From: Podarcis erhardii
Taxonomy: Eukaryota
Strand: one strand, 5' to 3'
Assembly (NCBI GenBank): GCA_964252035.1
Contig: OZ176205.1
DNA: 64,000 nucleotides
Shown here: piece by piece, positions 53,098 through 64,000 of the stretch
Layout: each line of letters opens with the position of its first letter
How positions within the stretch are numbered: the stretch's first letter is position 1
Notes under the pieces: generated by a model
What the model saw: only the letters and a program-made list of their open reading frames with translations
Database searches by the model: none
What the model was told of the DNA's origin: nothing
Made by a program: the position numbers and the translations under genes

Positions 53098-53339
53098 CAG
53101 TGGTACCTCGGGTTAAGTACTTAATTCGTTCTGGAGGTCCGTTCTTAACCTGAAACTGTTCTTAACCTGAAGCACCACTTTAGCTAATGGAGCCTCCTCC
53201 TGCCGCCGCGCCACCGGAGCCTGATTTCTGTTCTTATCCTGAAGCAAAGTTCTTAACCTGAAGCACTATTTCTGGGTTAGCAGAGTCTGTAACCTGAAGC
53301 GTATGTAACCTGAAGCATATGCAACCCAAGGTACCACTG
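53098..53339 (+). mobile_element. Tc1/mariner MITE
   Basis: TA TSD and TIRs. Has an extra internal copy of the unit gtaacctgaagc.tat. Confidence 0.92.
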
Positions 53340-53349
53340 TATAAAGAAA

Positions 53350-53773
53350 GGAGAGGAGATGGTGGAAGAAGATTGGAAGAAATTTAAGATTTATTTACAA
53401 AAATATTGTAAATTGTATGAATGTTAAGAAGGATGCTAGAGTATAAACAACTTGGCACCATTGAGTTCATTGAAGATAAGATAAATTTAAGAAATGATAA
53501 AAATTTTGGAATATGTTGGTTATATCTAAACTTTTTAAGATCTGAATAAAATGATAGTCAAAATTAGAGATATAACATTGGAAAATTAGATATGAAGATT
53601 AAAAATAAGGGGATAAATTTGCTGAATAAAATTATAACCAGGAACGCAGGAGCGGGAGATGCGAGGGAGTCCAAAGAAGTTAAAAGATCTATGTTAAGAG
53701 ATGTGATATTGTATTGTTTTATTGGCATTGTGATTCAAACAAAAAATTGTTAATAAAAAATATTTTAAAAAAA
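53350..53773 (+). mobile_element. L1 3' end fragment (last ORF2 codons, 3' UTR, A-tail)
   Basis: GEEMVEEDWKKFKIYLQKYCKLYEC* resembles DWEKYVEYL at the end of the L1 at 61735. Ends aataaaaaatattttaaaaaaaa. Candidate 9-bp TSD ataaagaaa (53341-53349 and 53774-53782). Confidence 0.7.
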
Positions 53774-54204
53774 ATAAAGAAACAAAAATACATAGCCTAA
53801 TGACAGACATTTTATTTAGCCATAGATAATTTAATTAGCAAAGGCCTGGGTTAAGAAGCATGTTTTCGCCTGGTGCTTAAAGATATATAAAGAAAGCACC
53901 AGGCAAGCTTCCCTTAGTGTAACTTGTAAGCATTATTGATATTATTATTATTTATCTATTTGCATATCTACTCTGAGTGGCTATTCCCATCCCTAATCAG
54001 CTTCTGGAACTATATGAAGAAAGAGAACATCCATCCAAACACACAAAATAAGTTTATGGGTGCGTCTAATAGGCTACCAACTGAAACACTGAAACTTGGG
54101 TGGCAACCCATGAGCTTGCATACCATAGTTCCATAAGGACAAACCACACAGGCCAGGAAAGTGTTCTTGGCCACCACACAAAGCCCATTTAGAAGACTGT
54201 GGCG

Positions 54205-54229
54205 CTCTCTCTCTCTCTCTCTCTCTCTC
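54205..54229. repeat. (CT)n microsatellite
   Basis: About 12 units. Confidence 0.95.
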
Positions 54230-55258
54230 CCCTCAATTCACAAATGAGCCTGCTAAATGCTGCTTGTCTCCTTTGCATCATTCTGTCAAGTTCTGCCAGC
54301 CTCTTACAGGTCTCAGTAAAGGATTCTGGCCAGCTTAGCTCAATTTGTTCATTAGATCTGGCAACCAGGCTAGGAAGCAAAAAAGAGCTCCAGATAATAG
54401 CAGGTGCTCAGAGATGTGCAAAATGCTGAAGAGTCTCAGGTGCTCAATGAGCCAGAAAGAGCTTCAGAAATCCATGCAGGAACCACACAGCTGCCTCAGC
54501 AGAGCAGCTGCCCTGCAGAATGACAGTCAGAGACTTAGAAGAAGAACTGGCTGTATGAGCGAGGTGGCTGGGTACCTAAGGCACACAGGGAAAAGAGCGA
54601 CAACATATCCACTGAGAATAGTACCAGACTGCTTTTCAGAAAACCTAGGTTTTCTCCTAGATGGATACAATGTAGTTCATATTTTTCAAATGTGACCAAA
54701 TTTCCCATTTCCCATTTGGCAAAGATTATTCTGAATTCTTAGCCTATAATTTTTATTGCTTGCAATCCTTCCAGGGTTTTTTTTTTACTCTTTGCAAATT
54801 AACAAGCATCCTTTCTGTTTTCCCATCCAACTCACACTTTTGTCTTGGGGGAGGGGGAATAACACCTAATGCTGTTGTTACAGCTTTATTAAATTGACAC
54901 AGCTCTTTAGGTGTAATCTTCCATTAATTCTGCAACAGTTCCTAATCCTGCTCTTATTTACTGATGAGTTAGATGCAGTATACAAATTTTGTTTTTAAAA
55001 AACCCAACTACTTTAAGTGCTAAACTGTATTCGAAGGCACATTCAATGCAAGCTACAACTGCTTATCTCTATTTCACCTCTCACATTTTAGCCATGTTAA
55101 GTGGGTTCCAGTGGCAAACCGAAGCATTTTAGCTTTCCCAGACCTTTGGTTTGTAGGAGTATGAAACCCCTAATATTGTTTTCAGATATGGTAGGCATTG
55201 TAATTGAATGAACTAAAGGATTTTCGTTAAGTCTTTTTTGTGCTTTGGTATTGTATGG

Positions 55259-55388
55259 ACAGTGTTCTCGAAGCTACAAACATGAGTCTGACCAAACTGC
55301 GGGAGGTAGTGGAAGACAGGAGTGCCTGGTGTGCTCTGGTCCATGGGGTCACGAAGAGTCGGACACGACTAAACGACTAAACAACAAC
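55259..55388 (+). mobile_element. BovB (RTE) LINE extreme 3' end
   Basis: Matches the 3' end of 61236-61695 (ggggtcacgaagagtcggacacgactaaacgactaaacaacaac). 9-bp TSD attgtatgg (55250-55258 and 55389-55397). Confidence 0.92.
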
Positions 55389-56453
55389 ATTGTATGGTTT
55401 TAATGTGTTGCATCCCACCCTGTGGCCTTTTGGTGGAAGGCAGGATACAAGCAATTAATATAAATGAAGAAAGAAATGGTTTATGAACCATGCATGAACA
55501 TCAGAGTTGAGCACTCCTGCATTGTATGATCTCACTTGGAGCTTCATGCCAAGCTTGTATTAAGTCTGAGTTGGTTTCCTGTTACATTCAAACCAGGGGA
55601 CTCAGGCTAACATCCATTAACAAACCAGAATAATAAACCAGCATATCAGTGGAGAAGCTTCATAAACATGGGTTATGTGTTTATGATGATGAGAAACTTC
55701 ATCTCTCACCTGGCCTTTGTGGGTTATTAAAGTTCTTTTGGAGCACATTCTTTCTCTTATTATGTTTACACAAGCAACACAATGGAGTCCATTTATCTTA
55801 TGTTTTCCCCTAAGTACCACTCAGCATGACGATGAAAATGGAGAAGAGTGGGTGTCTTTTTCTTTGATGGTCTGCTGCACAAGAATAACAACCCTCTCTC
55901 CCCTTACAAATTGACAGTCTCCAGATGAGCAGAGTGTGCTTATCATTCATGTTCCACAAGCAGCTCAATCATGTTTGAGGCTCCTAAGTAAGTAGCCTGG
56001 GGGATGTGGACGACTGCCTCAGGGGTTGCTGGGAGCAGCCACCAAGTATTTTTTGAAGGGAGCAGTGCCTGAGGACAGTGGAGCATTAGCTGATTCTCAG
56101 GAGGAAAAGTGACTGAGAGTAGCAAGTTTATACCATCTCACTTCTGTTCCTGCAATTTTCTTTTTCCGTTCACACCCATTTTCATATTTGCTACTCTTTC
56201 AGGGGTTGTCTACTGGCAAATGACCAGCAAAAACTAGAGAAGAAAACCAAAGCCTTGGTTTACTATGTGTGTGAGGCAACGCTTAGGAAGATCTTGGGCG
56301 GTATGCAACTAACATGCCCCATATGCACAAGGATTTCCTCTTGTACAGCTGGACTCCCCCCCCCCCCCCCCGTGCATGCTCCACACCCTCCTCAGATCTG
56401 ATTCGGGGTGCTGGAGGAAATCTTTGCACTGACAGAGCATTCGCTTGGCACTA

Positions 56454-56670
56454 CAGTGGTACCTCAAGTTGTGAACTTAATTCATTCTGGAGGTCCGTTC
56501 TTAACCCAGAACCGTTCTTAACCTGAGGCACATATTCGCTAATGGGGCCTCCCACTGCCACTGCCATGCGATTTCCGTTCTCATCCTGTGGCAAAGTTCT
56601 CAACCCGAGGTACTACTTCCAGGTTAGCGGAGTTTGTAACCTGAAGTGTTTGTAACCCGAGGTACCACTG
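56454..56670 (+). mobile_element. Tc1/mariner MITE (diverged subfamily)
   Basis: TA TSD. TIRs cagtggtacctc / gaggtaccactg. Confidence 0.9.
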
Positions 56671-58534
56671 TATATTGTAACCAGAAATGTTACAATGAAG
56701 TTTAGAGACTCAATCTGGGTAGCAAAAGATAAGACTTCCACACACTATTCAGGAGGCTGCTAAGGGCCATGAATTTCAAACAGTATCTTGGGAAAGTAGA
56801 ATGCGCTGGAAACTCATCTCATTCACTCCCAAAAATTACACTGGAGGACACATACCAATTCTGCCAATTTCCCATTTCCCATTTCCAGGCCTGTCTCCCT
56901 CCCTAAACCCTGAACCAAGGATTCTTTCCATACTCCAGAATGCAATTATTGAGACATCTAACCAACTACATCATGCTCAGAAATGACCCCACACCACATT
57001 CCTAGCCACATGCCAGACAACTCTTCAGTTCTTTCTTTCCCATCCTCTCCAAGGTACAGTCTTTTAAAAGAGGCTGTAAGAATGTATACAAATTTGCCAA
57101 GGTTAATACAGTTACACGGCCTGCTTTATGCTCTAGGCTTACTCATGCAGCTGAAAACACAACACTAGGGTTTGTTTTTGTTTTTTTACTAGAATTTATT
57201 TATTTTTTAGCAGAGCTTTTTAGCCAAGACTCTTAGCCAGGCAAAGAATGGCAGTCCTTCCCTTTCTCTTTTACTTTAAGATAGCACTGAAGAGCTTTTA
57301 CATTTAGTGAAGTGACAAAACTCCTTTGATCAGGGGCTCTTCAAGAGGCTCTAGCAGGCTTTTAATTTGGCAGTAGAGAATGAATTAGATTTTTATCATG
57401 TTGAGGCACCCTGACAACAAAAACTTCCAAAAGATGTCAGAAATATAACTCTACCATTGAAATCAATATTTTTTTTTAAAAGAATGCATCTATTTTGTTT
57501 CCGAATCCCACAAATCAAGCTAATGAAAACTCCTTAGAACTGATCTTCCCGTCTCCTTGGCAGACAAATTCTGAACAGCAGGTGAAGTTTGGTGTATAGA
57601 AAGGCTTTGGTCAGTATACAGTTAACACACAGTTTTAGGTTCCCACTGGGATGGTAAAATCTATGTCTGGCAAGTAGGGACTTCGCTTTAAAGAAGACTT
57701 TGCTTTGCAAACAGATTAGCACAACTTGAATAAATTTAGCAGTATAAAAGGAAGTGGAGATAATCAGTAAGAAGGATAGAACTTGGTAACTTAGAATACA
57801 TGGAAGAGAGAGAAAAGAAAGAAAGGACACCAGAGTAGGAGAAGAAGGGAAGTCCTTAGGTGTTTTGTGTTGTGTTCCTTATTTGGTTGTGGTTTGCTTT
57901 GCATTTTTCTCCTTCTTAATCTTTACTTATTGTTTTTGAAGTCTATGTAAAAACACAAACTAAAAAAGACTTTGCTTTTTAAAAAATAAATAAATCACAA
58001 AACAACTATAGTGCTCAGTTAAATGCAGTATCTCCAACTTTCCATGCTTACAGGAAAGCCCAGCTGAGAATATCATGGCGTTTTCAGGACATGCCAGCAC
58101 CCAGGAAGGCTGCAAAGTAAAGACTACTGGAGAGATGAATCACGGAATGAAAGGAAAAAAACCACAAACACAACTTGGCCACCTTGAAAGTAAGGTGAAC
58201 ACGATAAAAACATTGCATCCCACCCAGCAGAAATGCACCAGAATTTACTTTCCCCTTCAAAATCTTTTCAAATGCAATTTCTAAAATGAATGAACGTTCA
58301 TGAAAATTCATGAAGAACAAATGAACCTACAGAAATGAATGGGAGAAATAAGTGAAAATCTACCCTTTCCTTTGTCGTAGGAAACTAACAAGAGACATTG
58401 CATTGCTGCACATATATCCCAAGCTGTGAACCTGCTCTAGCAGTGGGAGAGCAGTCTTCTTCCAGCCGTGCTGAATGTCCAAATGTGTAGAAGTCTGTTT
58501 GGATTAAATCTGAAATTTGTTAGTCCATCCCCAT

Positions 58535-59050
58535 GAGAAGAGTCTGCGGGATCAGGCCAGTGTTCTCACGGTGGCCACCCAGATGCCTGTGGGAAGCCCT
58601 CAGGCAGGCCCTGAGCACTCTCCTGTGGTTTCCAGCAATTAATATTCAGAATCATTACTGTGGTCAACTAGGGCAACAGAGCTAGTAGCCACTGATAGGC
58701 TTATCCTCCATGAATATGTCTAATTCTCTTTTGAAGTCCTGCCAACCTAGCAGTTCGAAAGCACATAAAAGTACAAGTAGATAAATAGGTACCGCTCCAG
58801 TGGGAAGGTAAACGGCATTTCCGTGCACTGCTCTGGTTCGCCAGAAGCGGCTTAGTCATGCTGGCCACATGACCTGGAAGCTGTACGCCGGCTCCCTCGG
58901 CCAATAGAGCGAGATGAGTGCCGCAACCCCAGTGTCAGCCACGACTGGACCTAATGGTCAGGGGTCCCTTTACCTTTACCTATGTTTGTAGCCATCACTG
59001 CCTCATGTAGGAGTGAGTTCCATAGTTTAATGATGTACTATGTGAAACTA
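58535..59050 (-). mobile_element. CR1 3' end fragment interrupted by a Sauria SINE
   Basis: agaagagtctgcgggatcaggcc...gccactgataggcttatcctccatgaa...[SINE]...gagttccatagtttaa, similar to 24985-25230. Confidence 0.65.
58738..58982 (+). mobile_element. 5'-truncated Sauria SINE
   Basis: cctgccaacctagcagttcgaaagcac...ggggtccctttacctttacct. Confidence 0.92.
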
Positions 59051-61235
59051 ATCCTTCACTGACTTCTGGTGCTGGTTGCTACCACGCAGGAATCTGACTA
59101 AAATGAGTAATTGTTGTGTGCTTTATCCAAGCGGTAATGACACAGAACACATACAGGATTTTTTTTAAAAAAAATTTTTTGCTTTTTCAGGGAGCAGGAA
59201 CAGAAAGAGAGAGAAATTGTTTCAATTTTGTACAATTGCACATGTTCAACCCAATAATTTAACTGGATGGCTTGTTTTTGTATTGTTTTTTAAAGTGCAG
59301 TTGAATTTAGCTAAGTAAAGTTGGTTTTCTCTTATCCTTAATAGTTCATGCAGTTCAACAAATTCAGCCACACAAAAAAAATCAATAATGAAAAACAAAA
59401 CACACGCACAAATCAAATTGGACAGATATATATCTGTGCAGATGTCCATGGCTGTCTTAAATGGGTAAGTATACTGACCTATAACCTAGCAAAACTATAT
59501 GAGTGGCTGGGGAAACCCAGCCAGATGGGCGGGGTATAAATAAAAAAATATTATTATTAGCAGCAAAGAAAATATTCTAATACAGTGCAGAGCTTCTAAA
59601 TACTAGTTTCAGAAAACCACAGAAGGGGAGAGTTCTCTTCTGCTCAAGACCTGCTTGCAAGCTTCCTACAGACATCTGGTTGACCCCTGTGAAAAAAACA
59701 ATGCTGGACTAGAAGATGGGCCATTGGTCTGATCCAGCAGGCTCTTCTTATGTTCTTATATAATGACAGGTGCATAGCCCCACCCTTGTATCAAAGCTGG
59801 TGCAAGGGGTGGGGTGGAGGGGGGAGATAAAGACCTGGACCATTGGGTCAAAAGGGTTCCACACTCCTGATTTTGGATAAACAACTTGTTAACTAAGTCC
59901 AGGATGAACCAATGACTCTTCTAGCCACACAGGGAGGCCCAAAGGGGTGAGTGTCAATGCTGGGAAATTTGGCAGGAACCCAACAGTGGCTGAAATTGCT
60001 AGAGCTAGAAACCTTGACATTTCCCATTCCCACATTGCACCATTATAGAACTAAATTCATACAGCGTCGGTAAAGCTCTCCGCTTAAAGCATCTAAAGCA
60101 TCCCACAAATAACACAACATGTCAGCCATGATACTTTACAATTCTATGATTCTTCCCCAATGAATGAAATGCGGAGGGATAGGCCAAAGTCTTCCATAAG
60201 TTAAGATGGAAGACCTAAGTAGTAACTTTCCTAGCAGTACCTGCTGCAAATCTGAAGGTCTGAAAATAGTAGCTGACAGGAACAAAAAACAAACTGTCAG
60301 TCATAACAACTTAAGGTTAAGATTAGCTGAACTGTGCATTTCCTCACTTTTTAGAGCTTAAGCTGAAGAGGGCTTTTAACCTCAAACAGCTTAGTGTAAC
60401 TGAATCCGAAGTTTCTCTTGAAAGTTTCTGCATATGGAGACTTAACTTTTGATGAAGATGGCTAAGAAAGGCTCCATTTGCAGACATCTTATCTCTCCCC
60501 CACCTCCACTTAATAAGGGAGGCAGAGGAGTATGAAATGACTCGATAATGAAAGGTTAGAGCAACACTCAAAGGTAAAGGGTGTATGATAAAACTTATGA
60601 GATATCATAACACAGATTTTTTTTTCCAGAAATCCACTCAAACAAACAGTTGTCAATGTGAACAGGTAGGCGTTATACATCAGGAGAGTAACTGTGAACA
60701 ATGAGATAGAAAGCCATTCCTATGGTTTAATTAACTGTGGCTAATTAAAGTGAAAATGAAGGCTTCTTGTGGCTTTGTAGGAGAGGGGGTGTGTGTATCC
60801 AAGAATTACTGTGGCTTGTTCACGTTGGACTAAACCGTGGTTTAGCAAATGTTAGTGTGACGTACCTCAATTCTCAAGCTATCTTCAACTTCCAGCAAGA
60901 GCCCTTATTTTCTTTTCCTTGACCCGAGTAAATTACTGTCCCTATTTTTGCTTTTTGGGAGGCTTTGTTAAAATGTTAATGCATGCTGTTTGATATATGA
61001 TTCTTAGGGTCAGCTCCCTCCCCACCCCTTAAAACGGAGGGAAGCACTGCTCCAATCCCCAAGGCACCACCTGGGTCCATCTGCCAAGATTGGTTGGACA
61101 GATATTAACATGGGGGGGGAGCAACCTCTGTCTAAGTAGCACTGCAGGGGCAGCATACCTTGCCCAAGGGCCCCTCAAATTTGTTGACAGGCCTGGGGAT
61201 TAAGATCAAGTGAATGGTAGCAATTTAGGATCATT

Positions 61236-61695
61236 TGTTGTTGTTTAGTCATTTAGTCGTGTCCGACTCTTCGTGACCCCCTGGACCAGAGCACGCCAGG
61301 CACTCCTGTCTTCCACTGCCTCCCGCAGTTTGGTCAAACTCATGCTGGTAGCTTTGAGAACACTATCCAACCATCTTGTCCTCTGTCGTCCCCTTCTCCT
61401 TGTGCCCTCAATCTTTCCCAACATCAGGGTCTTTTCCAGGGAGTCTTCTCTTCTCATGAGGTGGCCAAAGTATTGGAGCCTCAGCTTCACGATCTGTCCT
61501 TCCAGTGAGCACTCAGGGCTGATTTCCTCAAGAATGGATAGGTTTGATCTTCTTGCAGTCCATGGAACTCTCAAGAGTCTCCTCCAGCACCATAATTCAA
61601 AGGCATCAATTATTCGACGATCAGCCTTCTTTATGGTCCAGTTCTCAATTCTATACATCACTACTGGGAAAACCATAGCTTTAACTATATGGACC
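61236..61695 (-). mobile_element. 5'-truncated BovB (RTE) LINE
   Basis: Open ORF end MVFPVVMY...IDAFELWCWRRLLRVPWTARRSN...GRQRTRWLDS...KSRTRLND*. (CAA)n tail. 11-bp TSD ttaggatcatt (61225-61235 and 61696-61706). Confidence 0.95.
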
Positions 61696-61734
61696 TTAGG
61701 ATCATTAGATTTAGTATAAATGAGTATAGTCGTA

Positions 61735-63897
61735 GATAGCTAGAGCTATCTACACAGATCAGAGCTATCTACACAGATCAGAAAGCTAAACTGATTATAA
61801 ATAATGTGGTTACAGAAGGAATAAGGATACAAAAGGGAACGAGGCAGGGATGCCCTCTCTCGCCGTTACTTTTCATAACGGTATTAGAGGTTCTTTTGAA
61901 TTCGATCAGACAAAATAAGGTTATAAAGGGAGTGACAATCGGCCAGAATGAGTATAAGACCAAAGCATTCGCAGATGACTTGGTTATAATGATTGAGGAA
62001 CCAACAAGTATGACAAAAGCAGTTTTGGAGGAAATGGAACAGTTTGGAAATTTGGCAGGCTTTAAACTCAACAAGAAAAAAACAAAAATAATAGTAAAAA
62101 ATATGGATCAAGACCAAATAGAAGCAATGCAACAATTAACCCAAATAGAGGTGGTCAAAAAGGTAAAATATCTGGGTATTTGGATAACTCCCAAAAATAT
62201 AGATTTATATAAAAACAACTACGAACCAGCTTGGAAGGGAATCAAAAAGGACTTGGAGGTGTGGGTAAAATTGAAGTTGTCATTTTGGGGAAGGATCTCT
62301 ACAATCAAAATGAACGTGCTCCCAAAATTACTGTTCCTATTTCAGACTATCCCCATAATTAAGGGAACTAAGATCTTTAAGGAGTGGCGAAGAGTGATCT
62401 CAAAATACATCTGGCAGGGCAAAAAACCGAGAATCAAATTTAAATTGCTAACAGACTCAAAAGAAAGAGGAGGTTTTGCCCTGCCAGATCTGAAACTGTA
62501 TTACGAGGCCTCATGTCTTTGCTGGACGAAAGAGTGGATCAAATTGAAGAATAACGAACTGTTGGATTTGGAGGGATTCAACAACAGATTTGGGTGGCAT
62601 GCTTATTTATGGCATGAAAAAAAGAGAGTCCATAAGGGCTTTGAGAACCACATATTCCGAGGTCCCTTAATTGAGGTCTGGGATAGATATAAAAATCTAT
62701 TAGAACTTAGAACACCACGCTGGTTTTCACCCTTAGAAGCAAAGAGTATAAAGAGATTAAATATGGGAAGTAAATGGATAACATATGACCAACTGTTATA
62801 TAAAGAAGGGGAAAAGTGGAAAATAAAACCGTATGAGCAGGTGAAGGAATATGTTTATGACTGGATGCACTATTTCCAAATGAATGAGGTGTTTAAGAAA
62901 GACAGTAAAGAACGAGGTTTCATGGATAAAGAATCGTTATTTCAAAGCGAGATTATAGGTAATGATACGAAAAATTTATCAAAAATGTATAAACTGTTAT
63001 TGGATTGGAATCTGGTAGATGAAGAAGTTAAGTCGGTAATGATTAGTTGGGCAAAGGATGTGGGCCACAATATACAATTTGAGGAATGGGAAAAATTATG
63101 GAAGGAGGGCTTAAAATTCACGGCATGTATGACGTTAAAAGAGAACACGATGAAGATGTTTTATAGATGGTATATGACACCGGTGAAATTGGCGAAGATG
63201 TATAAGACATGCAATAGATGCTGGAAGTGTAAGGATAAGGAGGGTACTTTCTATCACATGTGGTGGGGCTGTGGGAAGGTGAAAGACTTCTGGGAGAAAA
63301 TATACAATGAGTTAAAGAAGATCTTAAAGTATACGTTCAGAAAGGAGCCAGAAGTCTTTTTACTAGGACTAATAGGAAAGGAAATAAAAAAGGAAGACTG
63401 CAAATTCTTTAGATATGCAATCACAGCCGCAAGAGTGGTATTGGCCCAGAGATGGAGACAACAGGAAATACCGACCATAGAGGATTGGAGAACAAAATTG
63501 TTAGAATACGCAGAGTTAGATAAATTGACAGGAAAGATTAGATACTTAAGAGACCAAAAATTCATCGGGGACTGGGAGAAATATGTAGAGTATCTGGAAT
63601 GTTTAAGTAAAGGAAAGATGACGCTTAAGGGATTTAAAGAAGCACTGTAAAAAAGTAATAAGTATTGATTAAAGGGAATAGGAGGAAAAGAGATAAATAA
63701 TGTCAATACAAGATTGAGGAATGCGTAATGAAAGTGATGAATACGGATGATTTACGGGACAGCTGAGGGAAGTATGAAAGAAAATGTAGTGATGAAAATG
63801 ATGTGAAACTACTGTATATATATATATTATTTTTCGTTGTTGTTGTCGTTTGTCTTGTTTTATGTTTAATAATAAAAATTATATGGGAAAAAAAAAT
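61735..63897 (+). mobile_element. Young 5'-truncated L1-clade LINE
   Basis: 16-bp TSD aatgagtatagtcgta (61719-61734 and 63898-63913). Open ORF2 remnant, about 240-bp 3' UTR, AATAAA and A-tail. Confidence 0.95.
61761..63650 (+). CDS. L1 ORF2 C-terminal part (RT palm to CCHC knuckle), uninterrupted for about 629 codons but 5'-truncated
   Basis: KGTRQGCPLSP, FADD (61968-61979), VKYLGI, GGFALPDLKLYYEA, and C-x2-C-x8-H-x4-C (CWKCKDKEGTFYHMWWGC). No endonuclease domain, so it is not autonomous. Confidence 0.9.
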   Translation, partial: RAIYTDQKAKLIINNVVTEGIRIQKGTRQGCPLSPLLFITVLEVLLNSIRQNKVIKGVTIGQNEYKTKAFADDLVIMIEEPTSMTKAVLEEMEQFGNLAGFKLNKKKTKIIVKNMDQDQIEAMQQLTQIEVVKKVKYLGIWITPKNIDLYKNNYEPAWKGIKKDLEVWVKLKLSFWGRISTIKMNVLPKLLFLFQTIPIIKGTKIFKEWRRVISKYIWQGKKPRIKFKLLTDSKERGGFALPDLKLYYEASCLCWTKEWIKLKNNELLDLEGFNNRFGWHAYLWHEKKRVHKGFENHIFRGPLIEVWDRYKNLLELRTPRWFSPLEAKSIKRLNMGSKWITYDQLLYKEGEKWKIKPYEQVKEYVYDWMHYFQMNEVFKKDSKERGFMDKESLFQSEIIGNDTKNLSKMYKLLLDWNLVDEEVKSVMISWAKDVGHNIQFEEWEKLWKEGLKFTACMTLKENTMKMFYRWYMTPVKLAKMYKTCNRCWKCKDKEGTFYHMWWGCGKVKDFWEKIYNELKKILKYTFRKEPEVFLLGLIGKEIKKEDCKFFRYAITAARVVLAQRWRQQEIPTIEDWRTKLLEYAELDKLTGKIRYLRDQKFIGDWEKYVEYLECLSKGKMTLKGFKEAL

Positions 63898-63905
63898 AAT
63901 GAGTA

Positions 63906-64000
63906 TAGTCGTACCTTGGATCCCAAACATCTTGGCTGCCAAACAAATCAGCTCCTGAACGATCAAAACCCAGAAGTGAGCGCTCTGGTTTTAAAATGAT
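63906..64000. mobile_element. Left end of another Tc1/mariner-type MITE
   Basis: ta-(c>t)agtcgtaccttgga..., a TIR related to cagtggtacctc. Runs off the window end. Confidence 0.6.

Noticed and set aside
54199-54429. Signal-peptide-like ORF MSLLNAACLLCIILSSSASLLQV
   Set aside because: It is on the wrong strand for TAFA3, begins in a (CT)n repeat, and has no supporting exons or recognisable homology.
61273-61719. 148-aa plus-strand ORF, and the minus-strand ORFs across 61778-63706
   Set aside because: These are antisense shadows of the BovB and L1 coding frames.

Overview
Vertebrate genomic DNA from a squamate reptile. The repeat content (Sauria SINE, BovB, lacertid-type MITEs) suggests a lacertid lizard, which is inference. 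One host gene is recognisable: TAFA3/FAM19A3 on the minus strand, with three coding exons (39108-39257, 31691-31815, 24317-24328) that have canonical splice sites, compatible phases and the 10 conserved cysteines. I could not find its signal-peptide exon in the window. The rest is intron or intergenic sequence dense in transposons: a decayed L2 LINE, a young 5'-truncated L1 with an open ORF2 and a 16-bp TSD, two BovB 3' ends, CR1 remnants, several SINE families, hAT and Tc1/mariner MITEs, solo LTRs and microsatellites. The most notable observations are: (1) two different solo LTRs that each carry a vestigial ORF with an acidic or Pro-rich body ending in an RRRS[A/L]RL motif, matching the HMGN nucleosome-binding core; one ORF is absent from the supplied track. 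(2) A Penelope-like insertion in TAFA3 intron DNA forming a perfect 93-bp inverted repeat with a minimal hammerhead ribozyme on each strand and a 13-bp TSD. (3) A fold-back plus tandem duplication at the L1 5' junction, inside a 30-bp insertion hotspot. No CRISPR arrays, rRNA or true tRNA genes were found. All work was by eye, so repeat boundaries without a TSD are approximate.
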